A DNA stretch of 34,842 bases from Tubiluchus corallicola (Eukaryota > Animalia > Priapulida). The stretch lies in the NCBI GenBank assembly GCA_030141605.1, contig JAQGDQ010001556.1, positions 1 through 34,842 on the forward strand, read 5' to 3'. Both the position numbers and the translations under genes were made by a program. Each line of letters opens with the position of its first letter. The first letter of the stretch is position 1. Below the pieces are notes generated by a model. It was given only the letters and a program-made list of their open reading frames with translations, made no database searches and had not been told where the DNA came from. This document shows, piece by piece, positions 12,313 to 22,353 of the stretch.

Positions 12313-12835
12313 TTCTTCTTCTTCTTCTTCTTCTTCTTCTTCTTCTTCTTCCCAGCTTTTCCCTATTCGGGGTCGCCGTTGTGATTGAGTCTTCTCCACG
12401 CATTCCTGTTGTTGACCATCTCTTCATTTATGTCTTCCCTTCCCACAAGATCTTCACCGACTCTTCTTTTCAGGTGTCCATACCATCGCTATCTTGCGAG
12501 GCTTCCGCTACTTTTACTGTTCCTCTGATATTATTATTTCTAATTTTATCTAAAATTGTTATTCCCACCATCCATCTCAACATCCTCATCTCCACCACAT
12601 CCATTTTCTTCTCTTCGGTCTTCTTTAGAGAAGCTGCTTCCAGCCCATAGATTAGAGCGGGTCTGACCACTTCTTTGTGGACTTTCCCTTTAAGTCTCAC
12701 CGACTCATTCATAGAAGGTTTTGGCGCAGTTTTTACAGGCGGATGCCCTTCCTGACCCTAACCCTCCCTATTTATCCGGGCTTGGGACCGGCACTGAGTT
12801 GGGCTGGCTTGCCCCCCCCCCCAGTGGCTAGGTTA
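12313..12835 (-). mobile_element. Short internally deleted RTE-clade non-LTR element, copy 1 (twister 5' end + RT C-terminal remnant + (GAA)n tail)
   Basis: [20 protein letters not shown]...[10 protein letters not shown]...DKIRN and RWYGHLKR remnants; 3' end GGCGACCCCGAATAGGGAAAAGCTGG(GAA)n; 15-bp TSD TTAGCAGTAA(CA/TG)CTC at 12298-12312 and 12836-12850. Confidence 0.92.
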
Positions 12836-12839
12836 TTAG
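12758..12839 (-). ncRNA. Twister ribozyme (P1 type), apparently intact
   Basis: CUAA-UAA-CCUA-GCC-ACUG...CAGU-G-CCGG-UCCCAAGC-CCGG-AUAAA-UAGG-GAGGG-UUAG: P1 CUAA/UUAG, P2 CCUA/UAGG, P3, P4 and both pseudoknots map onto the recalled rice twister core. Confidence 0.85.
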
Positions 12840-13380
12840 CAGTAATGCTCTATAAAACTTAAACTCCCGCAATGACCATTAGGCACAGCCATTTTGAAGG
12901 AAAGTTTTTGAAACAAGATTAGTTAATGTTGCAAAGAGTTTGAAAAAGTTAATGAAAGCCATTCAAATCATACTCTTCACTAACTAAGCGAAATTATAAA
13001 TTACCGTATGTTGTCAGTAAGATTAAAAATGCATTTTCGGTGAAACAGTGGTGCACACTGGGACGGCGATTCTGTGACGTTTTACCTGGTGGCACGAATA
13101 TTTTAAATTACTAAGAATTTTCTTTTCTAGTAAGGTAAGTCTTTCAAGGAGGTGCGTGTAATTCAAAGTAATATAACTTTGTGTGGAAAAGGTTTTTGGG
13201 ACAGGCTTAAAAAGTCCCTTTTCTTCTCACTCTAAAGAAATCGTTGCTATTTTTTATTTTTTATTTTGGGCTTTGATTAAACTGTAAATTTTATTACTTA
13301 AAATAATCAAGAGTTTGATTCCTATTTCACTTTCACTTTCTGGTAGAGAACGGTTAGTCCTTGTAGTAGACTATCTAATA

Positions 13381-13806
13381 CAGGGGTGTGCAAACTGCGA
13401 CCCGCGGGCCACTTGCGGCCTGCCGAGAGATCTTGTGCGGCCCTGCCAAGAGGTTTGTCAACGTAATGAAAGTGCGGCCCACGCGATCCAGCTGAAGTCT
13501 GCGCCAATATCACAAAGATAGTGCGGGTAATTTTTTCCTCTAGATCGGATGGCATTAACCCTTACAAGACCGTTGTCACTTAATGTCACTGTCACACATG
13601 ATGAAATACACAGTTTTTAATATAAATTTTAATAACTTATAAAATAATTTCTTGAGTGTAGTAATGCAGTAGTGATCATGTGCACAAATCGGATGCAAAA
13701 AAATCATTATTAGGTCCTACTGTACTTGGTCAAACTGTCTGTGGCCCACAGGAATTGCAGGAATGTTTAATGTGGCCCGGCTAGTCAGATAATTTGCACA
13801 CCCCTG
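13381..13806. mobile_element. hAT-type MITE
   Basis: TIR CAGGGGTGTGCAAA / TTTGCACACCCCTG, 8-bp TSD ATCTAATA/AGCTAATA, subterminal GCGGCCC-like motifs. Confidence 0.88.
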
Positions 13807-14873
13807 AGCTAATATGTATCTCTGTGAGTGTGCATCTTTAAAAAATAACAGAATTAGATTTTTGAGATAGTAAAACAATTACAATTTAGAACAATACAAG
13901 TTTTTAAGACGTTTTAGATCATAGACCAAACTGAGCTGGTTTAGAAAGTCTACTCCTGTGTCGAAAATGCTTAATTTTATTACGAAGAATGGCTGTTTTT
14001 TATTCTGCAAAAATGCTTTATCTGATTCTAACGATTTGAATGTTTTTAAGTTTTTTAAATTTATGTAAAAAGTTTGAATTTTGTAAAAGTAGGCGGGAGA
14101 GCAAAATTTGGGCGACTGAATGCTCCGAATTCAACTACTTTTGCATTTTCGATGCAAACAAATACTGAATTGAGTTTAATTTGTAGCGATTTTCTAAATA
14201 TATGTACTTTTACTTTTATATTGAAAATGAGAACGAGTAATTAAAATATGCGCATAATTATCGATGAACATCTCATTTTTACAATGATGATATTTACAAT
14301 GATGATGAAACAAGAGTAATTGTACATGTTTAGTAATAAAGGTTTACTGGTATATTATAAGTGACATGTGTTTAGTTCTATGTTTTAATAATGATAATAG
14401 AAATTACAGTATGACTAAATTACAACATGATTGCATTAAATGCACATGTTTACAGAATGTAGAAATACAAAAAGACCTTAAACATACCTGTTATACTGCA
14501 TCCATAGTCATCCAAGATAATGAGCAAAGGGGAACATGGCGATTGTCAGGGCTATGTGACTCCTGGCTAGCTAGGCCTTTGGCACAGAAAAATTACTATA
14601 TGTAGATCTCTGAAAGAAGCCTAATTCAGCTAATTACAAGGCCAGTTGGGCATGATGCCAGCTATACTATAGACTTGAATGACAATTACATGGATAATTG
14701 ACTACGATGCAAAGCTAACACTACGTTTACAACCAAGAACCAATTTGCAAGGGCAGATCCATGCAAACAGGTAGAAAACACTTTAAGTTGAGATATGCCA
14801 TACTCGCGTAGTTCTCGACATCCTATTTTCATTTATTGCTTTAACTAACAGATGTTACTCTAATGTGTTTTAG

Positions 14874-15002
14874 ATCAAGACGAATGTTCGTTAGACACTC
14901 ATAATTGCCGGGAGGATACAACTCGTTGTGTCAACAATGTCGGCAGCTTCTCTTGTGCCTGTTTACTTGGATATAAACAACTAGATGCTAGAAGCTGTCT
15001 AG
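14874..15002 (+). CDS. cbEGF exon 9 (subtype A): DQDECSLDTHNCREDTTRCVNNVGSFSCACLLGYKQLDARSCL
   Basis: ttttAG / GTatg, 129 nt, phase 1-1. Confidence 0.93.
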
Positions 15003-15125
15003 GTATGTATAACAAACAACTTCATCTTTGTCTGTCTTTCTTTGTCTGTTTCAGTTGCTTTACAGTCATTCATAGTAAGATGGAGACATGACTGTTTGTG
15101 TAATAATGCAATTCTTGATCTGGTA

Positions 15126-15914
15126 CGACTCATATTTCTCTTTGCTGGACCTCGCTTTTGCCGATAACGGAAGAATGGGACAAAATATGAATCGCTAAAA
15201 GTCCCGCATACTGCAGACACAATCCGTTGTTTCGCGAGCTGACCGCTAGATGGCGGGCCATCACTTTGTTTACATCATTGCATCAGTGTAACCAAGCAGC
15301 GTGTAAATACACGTGTGTTCTGTGTAGCTTGTGTTTAATGTTTAACTCGTTTAATCAAAACCAGTTCTGCGGAATTATTTGAGACAATGACCGACAGTTT
15401 TTATATACTTTTGCATTGGAGCGGCACGTACAGTCGACCCTGGTTAAACCGGACTCCGTTAACCCTGATATCGGATAAGACGGACATCATCCGTGGTAAA
15501 AGAAACTGACCGATTTCTGTCCGAGCCGGAGCGCTAAACACAACACGGCCTACCGACTGTACAATAATTTCTTTATCCTCACAGGTTAACTATTTTAAAG
15601 TAATATACAGTATAGTACATAGTGCAATGTATATAGGCCTTATTAAGGTGATTCCTGTATAATATAGACCATATATAGGCATATCGGATAAATCGGACAT
15701 CGGCTAAACCGGACACCCCCCCCCCCCAATTAGTCCGTTTTAACGAGGGTTGACTGTACTAGACGTTTTTAATACGATTACGCGATTGATTCTACGTTAC
15801 TGTGAATCTATTACACTCTGCCTACTGTATTAGCTTAGCATCGGTACATACGGACAATCTGCAAAGTCGGAGCGATGTTTTCCCGCTTTTGTCCGGCAAA
15901 CCAGGAATTGAGTG
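15126..15914 (-). mobile_element. MITE family B interrupted by the family A insertion
   Basis: Collinear with the reverse complement of 3308-3713 once 15431-15758 is removed; TA-flanked. Confidence 0.85.
15431..15756 (+). mobile_element. Tc1/mariner-pogo-type MITE family A, complete, nested in family B
   Basis: TIRs CAGTCGACCCTGGTTAAACCGGAC / GTCCGTTTTAACGAGGGTTGACTG, TA on both sides. Confidence 0.9.
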
Positions 15915-16888
15915 TACCAGCAAAAATCTATTTTCGTTGTACCAACAAGTTTACAAATGTAACTTTAGCCGTCACGTAGTAAGCAAATCCAAGAAGCTAA
16001 CAATATCAGCTGCCTTTTGCCATCCAGGAAAAACTTGGTCTGAAAAAAAATTTTCCCAGAAAGCAAGATACTGAGAATTCTTTGTAAATTTCTAAAATGT
16101 TCCTTTTCTAAACAACGTGTTGTCCTTGTCTTGTTTAAATTTTAAAATAACACAAGATGAATTGATTTCTGGTTTTTTTTTTGGAAGTGTGACAAACTTT
16201 GGTTGTAAGTGTGTCAGAACTTAAGATTCTTTAAAAATGTCTGAGCTTCCTTTTTTAGACAACTTACTGTATTGTATGCTTTTTTAAATGAGACAAAAAT
16301 TAATTGATTATTGTTTTTTTTGTGAGTTGGGCAGACTTTAATTGTATGTGTGTCAACACCCGTATTTGTAGCAAAAAGTAAGTTTTACCGCAGTATTTGG
16401 TGTAGGTTCTATTTTGCCAATATACGATATATTTTGTATGTACAATATATATACATACAATATACAATATATATACATACAATATACAATATACAGATTC
16501 ATTGTGCGCACTTGCATGTGCTGTAGATAATACGTTAAGTGTACCACAGCAATGCGTCTTAACTACACGCGTTACTTTACATGTGTAAAGCAAAGTCGTT
16601 TGCCGCATCAGTTCAGTAACTTCAGTTGTTTTTCATGGACTTTACTTAATTATGTGTCTTGGGAACAAGAAAAATGAACTAGGTAAGGTTCTGTTTAGCT
16701 GTTAAAAGGTACTATTACGACAGCATTGACTGCGACGCATTGTCAAGTGTACACAAATGCATTGTCTGGTACACTTAAAATGCATTGTCTGGTACACTTA
16801 ACCTTTGACCTGTTCATGATCACCATCAATCTCTGGAACCGTGAAAAGGCTTACTATCTATGCTTAGTAAAATAAGAGCATTTTTCAG

Positions 16889-17017
16889 ACGTTGACGAAT
16901 GCGAGACTGGTGCTCATGATTGTGCGGCTGAAGGAACTAGATGTAGAAACATGGAAGGCAGCTTTAGTTGTCAGTGTGAACGTGGCTTTACAAGATCAAG
17001 TCGCACACAGTGTGAAG
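16889..17017 (+). CDS. cbEGF exon 10 (subtype A): DVDECETGAHDCAAEGTRCRNMEGSFSCQCERGFTRSSRTQCE
   Basis: tttttcAG / GTaac, 129 nt, phase 1-1. Confidence 0.93.
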
Positions 17018-17254
17018 GTAACTAATTTTTGTTCTCTGTGCGCAAATAATATTAAAAATCTTAAAGAAATTAGCAGAAGTAATTTTGTAGATTTTTTCAG
17101 TTTTTCTTTCACGTCAGTGTGAACGTGGCTTTACAAGATCAAGTCGCACACAGTGTGAAGGTAACAAATTGGTGTTCTCTGTGCAAATAATATTAAAAAT
17201 CTTAAAGAAATTACCAGTAGTAATTTTGTAGTTTTTTTCAGTTTTTTTTCACGT
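16971..17254 (+). repeat. ~143-bp tandem duplication covering the 3' third of exon 10, its donor and downstream intron
   Basis: TCAGTGTGAACGTGGCTTTACAAGATCAAGTCGCACACAGTGTGAAGGTAAC present twice. Confidence 0.92.
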
Positions 17255-17654
17255 GATGATTTTTGTGAAAATTAAATTCTCATTTTTTTCACTATGGCTG
17301 TGGCTTAACGCATTTTGACGTTGCTGCTACTATTATAATGACTTTAGCTGGGCTGCCTGTTTGATTTATTCAAAGTTACAAACTTGTTTGGCATTGTCAA
17401 TGTATTAGCCTGTGAATGTGTGGCCTTAAACCACAGTTTCAATTCTTCTGTCCAACCACAGTGGGTAACCTACTAATTTAAGGACACAGTGAAAAACAGA
17501 GCAATTAAAAACAAATTAATTAATTTGTGCCATTAATAATAGCTTTTTATTTACTACCAAGTAAAAAAGATATCTATTGAAATTATTATTACACAATGAG
17601 ATATCCAGCATCTAAGAAAAATGTCTATGTCTGCAATTATTGGTAAAACTATTG

Positions 17655-17879
17655 ATAAGATAAGATAAGATAGGATAGGATAGGATAGGATAGGATAGGA
17701 TAGGATAGGATAGGATAGGATAGGATAGGATAGGATAGGATAGGATAGGATAGGATAGGATAGGATAGGATAAGATAAGATAAGATTAGGATGGGATGGG
17801 ATGGGATGGGATGGGATGGGATGGGATGGGATGGGATGGGATGGGATAGGATAGGATAAGATAATATAAGATAAGATAA
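17655..17879. repeat. Compound pentanucleotide microsatellite (GATAA/GATAG/GATGG)
   Basis: Direct observation; abuts a minus-strand AATAAA, so may be an expanded LINE tail. Confidence 0.93.
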
Positions 17880-18125
17880 TATTTATTTTCATTGGTATGA
17901 TATAAACAGTACATATTTGTAGAAACATGAGCTTAAAGCTCGTAAACCGATATCAAACATAATGTATATGAGCGATACTGTAACATGGTAATAATATGTA
18001 CTTCTTAAAATCTTTTGCATGCCACCAGAGGTATTGGTAGAAGAAAAAATTTTTAACTACATGAAGATACTAAAAAAGTGAGACAGTAAAAAATTGAGAC
18101 AGAATTGATGATCAATTTTGCTAAT

Positions 18126-19119
18126 TGTGTGCTTGCAAACCAACACCACCCACAAGTCGGCACAGTTAAAACTACGATATGATGTCTTCAGTGTAGAATA
18201 CACCAAAAATTTAGTCAAATGTCAATTTTTTGTTTTTTATAATGCTAAACATATTGGATTTTCATATTCTAGCATCAAATTATCAGGAAAATGTTCACAA
18301 AATGGAAGCAGTCTTTTTTTTTGTTGCTAAGCACAGATCTTTGTCAGGAAGGGCCGTTTACTGGATTTAACCATTTAAACGCAGCCTGCACCTCAACTTC
18401 AACGTGGATTATCTCAGCTTAGCAATAACATAGAGCGATGAGCTTGGTATCAAAATGATCCGCATGAAATGTGTGCTTGCATTGCAAAATCGTCCATAAA
18501 TCAGCAATTAAGCTTTTCTAGTTATTCACATATCCTGAAAATCCATTTCATGAGGATCATTTTGATACCAAGTTCATCACTCTATGTTATTTCTAAGCTG
18601 AGATAATCCACATTGAAGTTGAGGTGCAGGCTACGCTTTGAAAAACATAATCTTGAGAAAATCACTGTTAAAGTCAGCCATTGTTTTTTGTTGCGTTTCT
18701 ACAAAACACTTAGCAACTGCACAAATGTTGGTTGCTATGGACTTTGCAAGAACACATTGAAGTTATGTTTAAATCCAGTAGATGGCTCTTCCTGACGAAG
18801 ATCTGGGCTTGGCAACAGAAAAAACCCGAAGCAAAATGACTGCTTCCATGAGCTACTATTGGAGTTTGAAAATACTTTTACAATTGCATTACTAATTTCT
18901 AGGCAAAAAAGTGGTTACAAGATTATAAAATTAAATTTTTAGCATTTCTTGAACACTTTCCTGGCAATCTCATGCTAGAATATAAAAGTCTAATATATTT
19001 AGCATTTGTTTTATAAAAAACAAAAAATTGACATTTGACCAAATTTTGGTGTATTCTACTTTGAAGCATCATGACGTAGTTTTAACTATGCCAACTTATG
19101 AATGGTTTTGGTTTGCACC
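18126..19119. mobile_element. Long palindromic (fold-back) non-autonomous element
   Basis: 18126-18470 is the reverse complement of 18544-19119 with indels; partial second copy at 27089-27407. Confidence 0.85.
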
Positions 19120-19365
19120 AATACAATGATGTTTTGGATGAGACGATTATACTCTATTTTACAATCCTGGCATTTCGTGTAAAACTTTTTTTCATTCTAC
19201 ATTCGTTGCACCTTACGGAAAGAGATCAAACTGTTTTACAAACATAAAAGGGTCTTGTTGTTCAATTCAATGCATGCGATACTTGTCACGTTTCGTAACT
19301 GTTCTATTTTTGCTATTATTTGTACATTAGTATAATCATTACTTGCCGTTGTTCACACGCTTTAG

Positions 19366-19491
19366 ATCGGAACGAATGCGACAGTGACAATGACTGCCAC
19401 GAGTTAGCTGATTGTCGTAACACCCCGGGTAGCTACCGCTGTGAGTGCAATGTGCCGGGATATTCCGGAAACGGAGTGACAACGTGCAGCG
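19366..19491 (+). CDS. cbEGF exon 11 (subtype B, 1 aa shorter): [42 protein letters not shown]
   Basis: ctttAG / GTgag, 126 nt, phase 1-1. Confidence 0.93.
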
Positions 19492-19825
19492 GTGAGCTAT
19501 GTTTCTTAATATCTAACACATCCTTCTACCCTTCCTGTGTGATCTAACCTTTCTCCCAGTTCTTTTTTGTTCACTCATCCATTTTTTATCAGATTCATAT
19601 GACAGTGGGCTTATACAAGCCTTTGCTTCTCTAGCCCACTGCAGTACAATTATTCTTTTATGATAATGCTAGTGTATGAAACATAACAATTTAATACAGT
19701 AAGATGTAATAATTTTGATGTCACTGTGTGCTTAATGTCATTATATTGTACTGAATGTGATAATAATAATAAAATTAAAAAAATCTCTGCTCTTTTAATA
19801 GTTGTTCACTTGAATAATGACTATT

Positions 19826-20328
19826 CTTCTTCTTCTTCTTCTTCCCAGCTTTTCCCTATGCGGGATCGCCGTTGTGAATGAGTCTTCTCCAGGCATTCCT
19901 GTTGTTGACCATCTCTTCATTTATGTCTTCCCTTCCCACAAGATCTTCACCGACTCTTCTTTTCAGGTGTCCATACCATCGCAATCTTGCGAGGCTTCCA
20001 CTACTTTTACTGTTCCTCTGATATTATTATTTCTAATTTAATCTCTTCTTGTTATTCCCACCATCCATCTCAACATCCTCATCTCCACCACACCCATTTT
20101 CTTCTCTTCGGTCTTCTTTAGAGAAGCTGCTTCCAGCCCATAGATTAGAGCGGGTCTGACCACTTCTTTGCGGACTTTCCCTTTAAGTCTCACCGACTCA
20201 TTCATAGAAGGTTTTGGTGCAGTTTTTACAGGCGGATGCCCTTCCTGACCCTAACCCTGCCTATTTATCCGGGCTTGGGACCGGCACTGAGTTGGGCTGG
20301 CTTGCCCCCCCCCCCCAGTGGCTAGGTT
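19826..20328 (-). mobile_element. Short internally deleted RTE-clade element, copy 2
   Basis: Near-identical to 12313-12835 with the same junctions; perfect 18-bp TSD ACTTGAATAATGACTATT at 19808-19825 and 20329-20346. Confidence 0.93.
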
Positions 20329-20333
20329 ACTTG
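20251..20333 (-). ncRNA. Twister ribozyme, probably inactive copy
   Basis: Same core as copy 1 but GAGGG is CAGGG (position 20259) and P1 is mismatched (CAAG/UUAG). Confidence 0.75.
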
Positions 20334-20619
20334 AATAATGACTATTAGTTTACTTTAAACAGTTGCATATGTTGCACAAAATGATTGTTCAACGCATCAT
20401 GCAACAGAAACCACATTCTACAGCTATTTGCAACAGCATGTTTAATTTCAGGATAAGATTTTGAGTACAGTGAGTTCTCACTTAATGACACTAATGCATT
20501 CCAGTAAGACGTGGCGTTAAGCAAAATGCTGCTAAACGAAACCAAGACTTCCGCGTAGTTGTTTTACATTAGCTTATATACAGTGGGGATCTTAATCTGA
20601 TAATGTTTAGGGGATGTTA

Positions 20620-21280
20620 ATCTATATATATATATATAATATATATAATAATCTTTATTCGCCATCAAAATACATTGATAATCACTGATAAAAGCTTTAC
20701 AGAGATAATCAATCAGTGTTAGTTAATAAAAACTTACACTGCTAAAGGCAAATGCGTCAGTGCAATCTAAACTACTGCGCAGTAATGGAAAGTAACGACG
20801 AATAAAATCAAACATATTTACAACTATGCACAAAAAAATGAAAAAACTATGATTTAATTAATATGGCCGTGGATATATGAATTCTGAATTAGTGTGTATG
20901 TTGTCGTACTGGTGTGATGGTATTTCATATCTGGTTAATATTAGTGATTTTAATTTTGTTTTAAATGCTGATAGGGACTTGATTTGTTTAACCTGTAATG
21001 GTAGAGAATTCCAAAGTAGAATTGCTTGTTTGATTACAGAGTTCGTTCCATAGTAGGTATTTGTCCTAATTTGTTTTAGATTGCTTGTTCTGGAATTAAC
21101 GATAGGATTTGGAAAAAAGGTCTGATAATTTTAGAACGCAGAAAACTACAGTTAAATTTACAAGTTTGTTCATTAACTGATGTGTAATGTTGTTTAAGAC
21201 AAATTAAACTTTATTGACATAACTTTTATAATTTGTCTGAGACGACAATGTATTTCAGACTATCTTACTGCTTGGGCGTC
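20620..21280 (-). mobile_element. 3' fragment of a CR1/L2-group LINE
   Basis: Minus strand translates IRTNTYYGTNSVIKQAILLWNSLPLQVKQIKSLSAFKTKLKSL (WNSLP motif), then AATAAA and a (TA)n tail; 5' limit approximate. Confidence 0.8.
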
Positions 21281-22177
21281 AATTTTGTAACATGTCAGAA
21301 ATTGTTTTTCTAATGTTATGTACAGAAAGCCTTCACTATTTGATTCATGTTCCAAAGTCGTTTATTCTAAAGAGAATAATAAAGAGAACATCAACAAGTA
21401 AGAAAATAAATAAAATGATAAACAGAAGCTTAATAATTACGAAGAAGTCAACTTATTGGCAAAAGTACTTTCTCAAATTTCAGAGATTGAATTCATAACT
21501 TAACTAAATTATTTAAATTCATCTAACTTACATCGTTGGCTCTTCATCAAGATTTAAAATTTCTCAAGGTACAAAATTTGGCTATAACTAAACGCTGTTA
21601 TTAACTATAACACAATAACGACAAAAACATTGCTGTGAATAAAAACGCGACCATCATTGTTCTCCTCCTGTCCTTTCCTCCTCACTCGTAGAGGGCAGCA
21701 CCTTCCAATAAATAAATAAGTGTCGTTTTGCATATTGCAGTTACATCTACTGTAAAAAAATTGAGATGCATTCCAGACGAAATGTCGCAAAAGCAAAACA
21801 GGGAGTCATTAAGCGAGGACTTACTGTACTTTCAAAACTTGTTTTAACAATTATAACATAGTTTACTGTAATAAAAAATAACATAATAGCACGTAATTAT
21901 TTACAACATGCTGTGGAAATAAATTTTTGAAGGCAAAGTTCATTAACTAAACAGGTTGAAGTGTTTCTCCAACTAAATTCCTCATTTATGTAGCACTAAT
22001 TTAATATGAAATTTTCCATTTTAATTAGTTTATTTTTAATTTTAAAATGTTGATTTATTATAAAATATAGTTTTTTGGTACTTTATTTTACTAAATGATC
22101 AATTTCACATAGTTGCCTCTATATTTGATCTGATACTCCTTATAAGGATATGTAAGTATGACTACCCCGTGTTTCTT

Positions 22178-22191
22178 GTTACCATAGTTAC
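22178..22191 (-). promoter_or_regulatory. RFX X-box-like motif upstream of the CNBD gene (near-copy at 22246-22259)
   Basis: Minus strand GTAACTATGGTAAC matches GTHNYY-AT-RRNAAC; lies in a ~68-bp tandem duplication (22123-22258). Confidence 0.55.
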
Positions 22192-22353
22192 ATTTGATCT
22201 GATACTCCTTATAAGGATATGTAAGTATGACTACCCATAGTTCTTGTTACCATAGTTAGTTCTTTTGTTTTCAGTAACACATCTTAGTAACAATTAGAAA
22301 GTTATATGCTCAACTTTTTTCTCAATAAAAAAAAATTTGTTCAAAATACGAAA

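Noticed and set aside
12239-12862. ORFs with poly-Leu or poly-Arg
   Set aside because: Translations of the (GAA)n tail and antisense strand of the RTE-derived element
17554-17928. 124-aa ILSYP-repeat ORF (also HPSI ORF 8865-9113)
   Set aside because: Microsatellite translations
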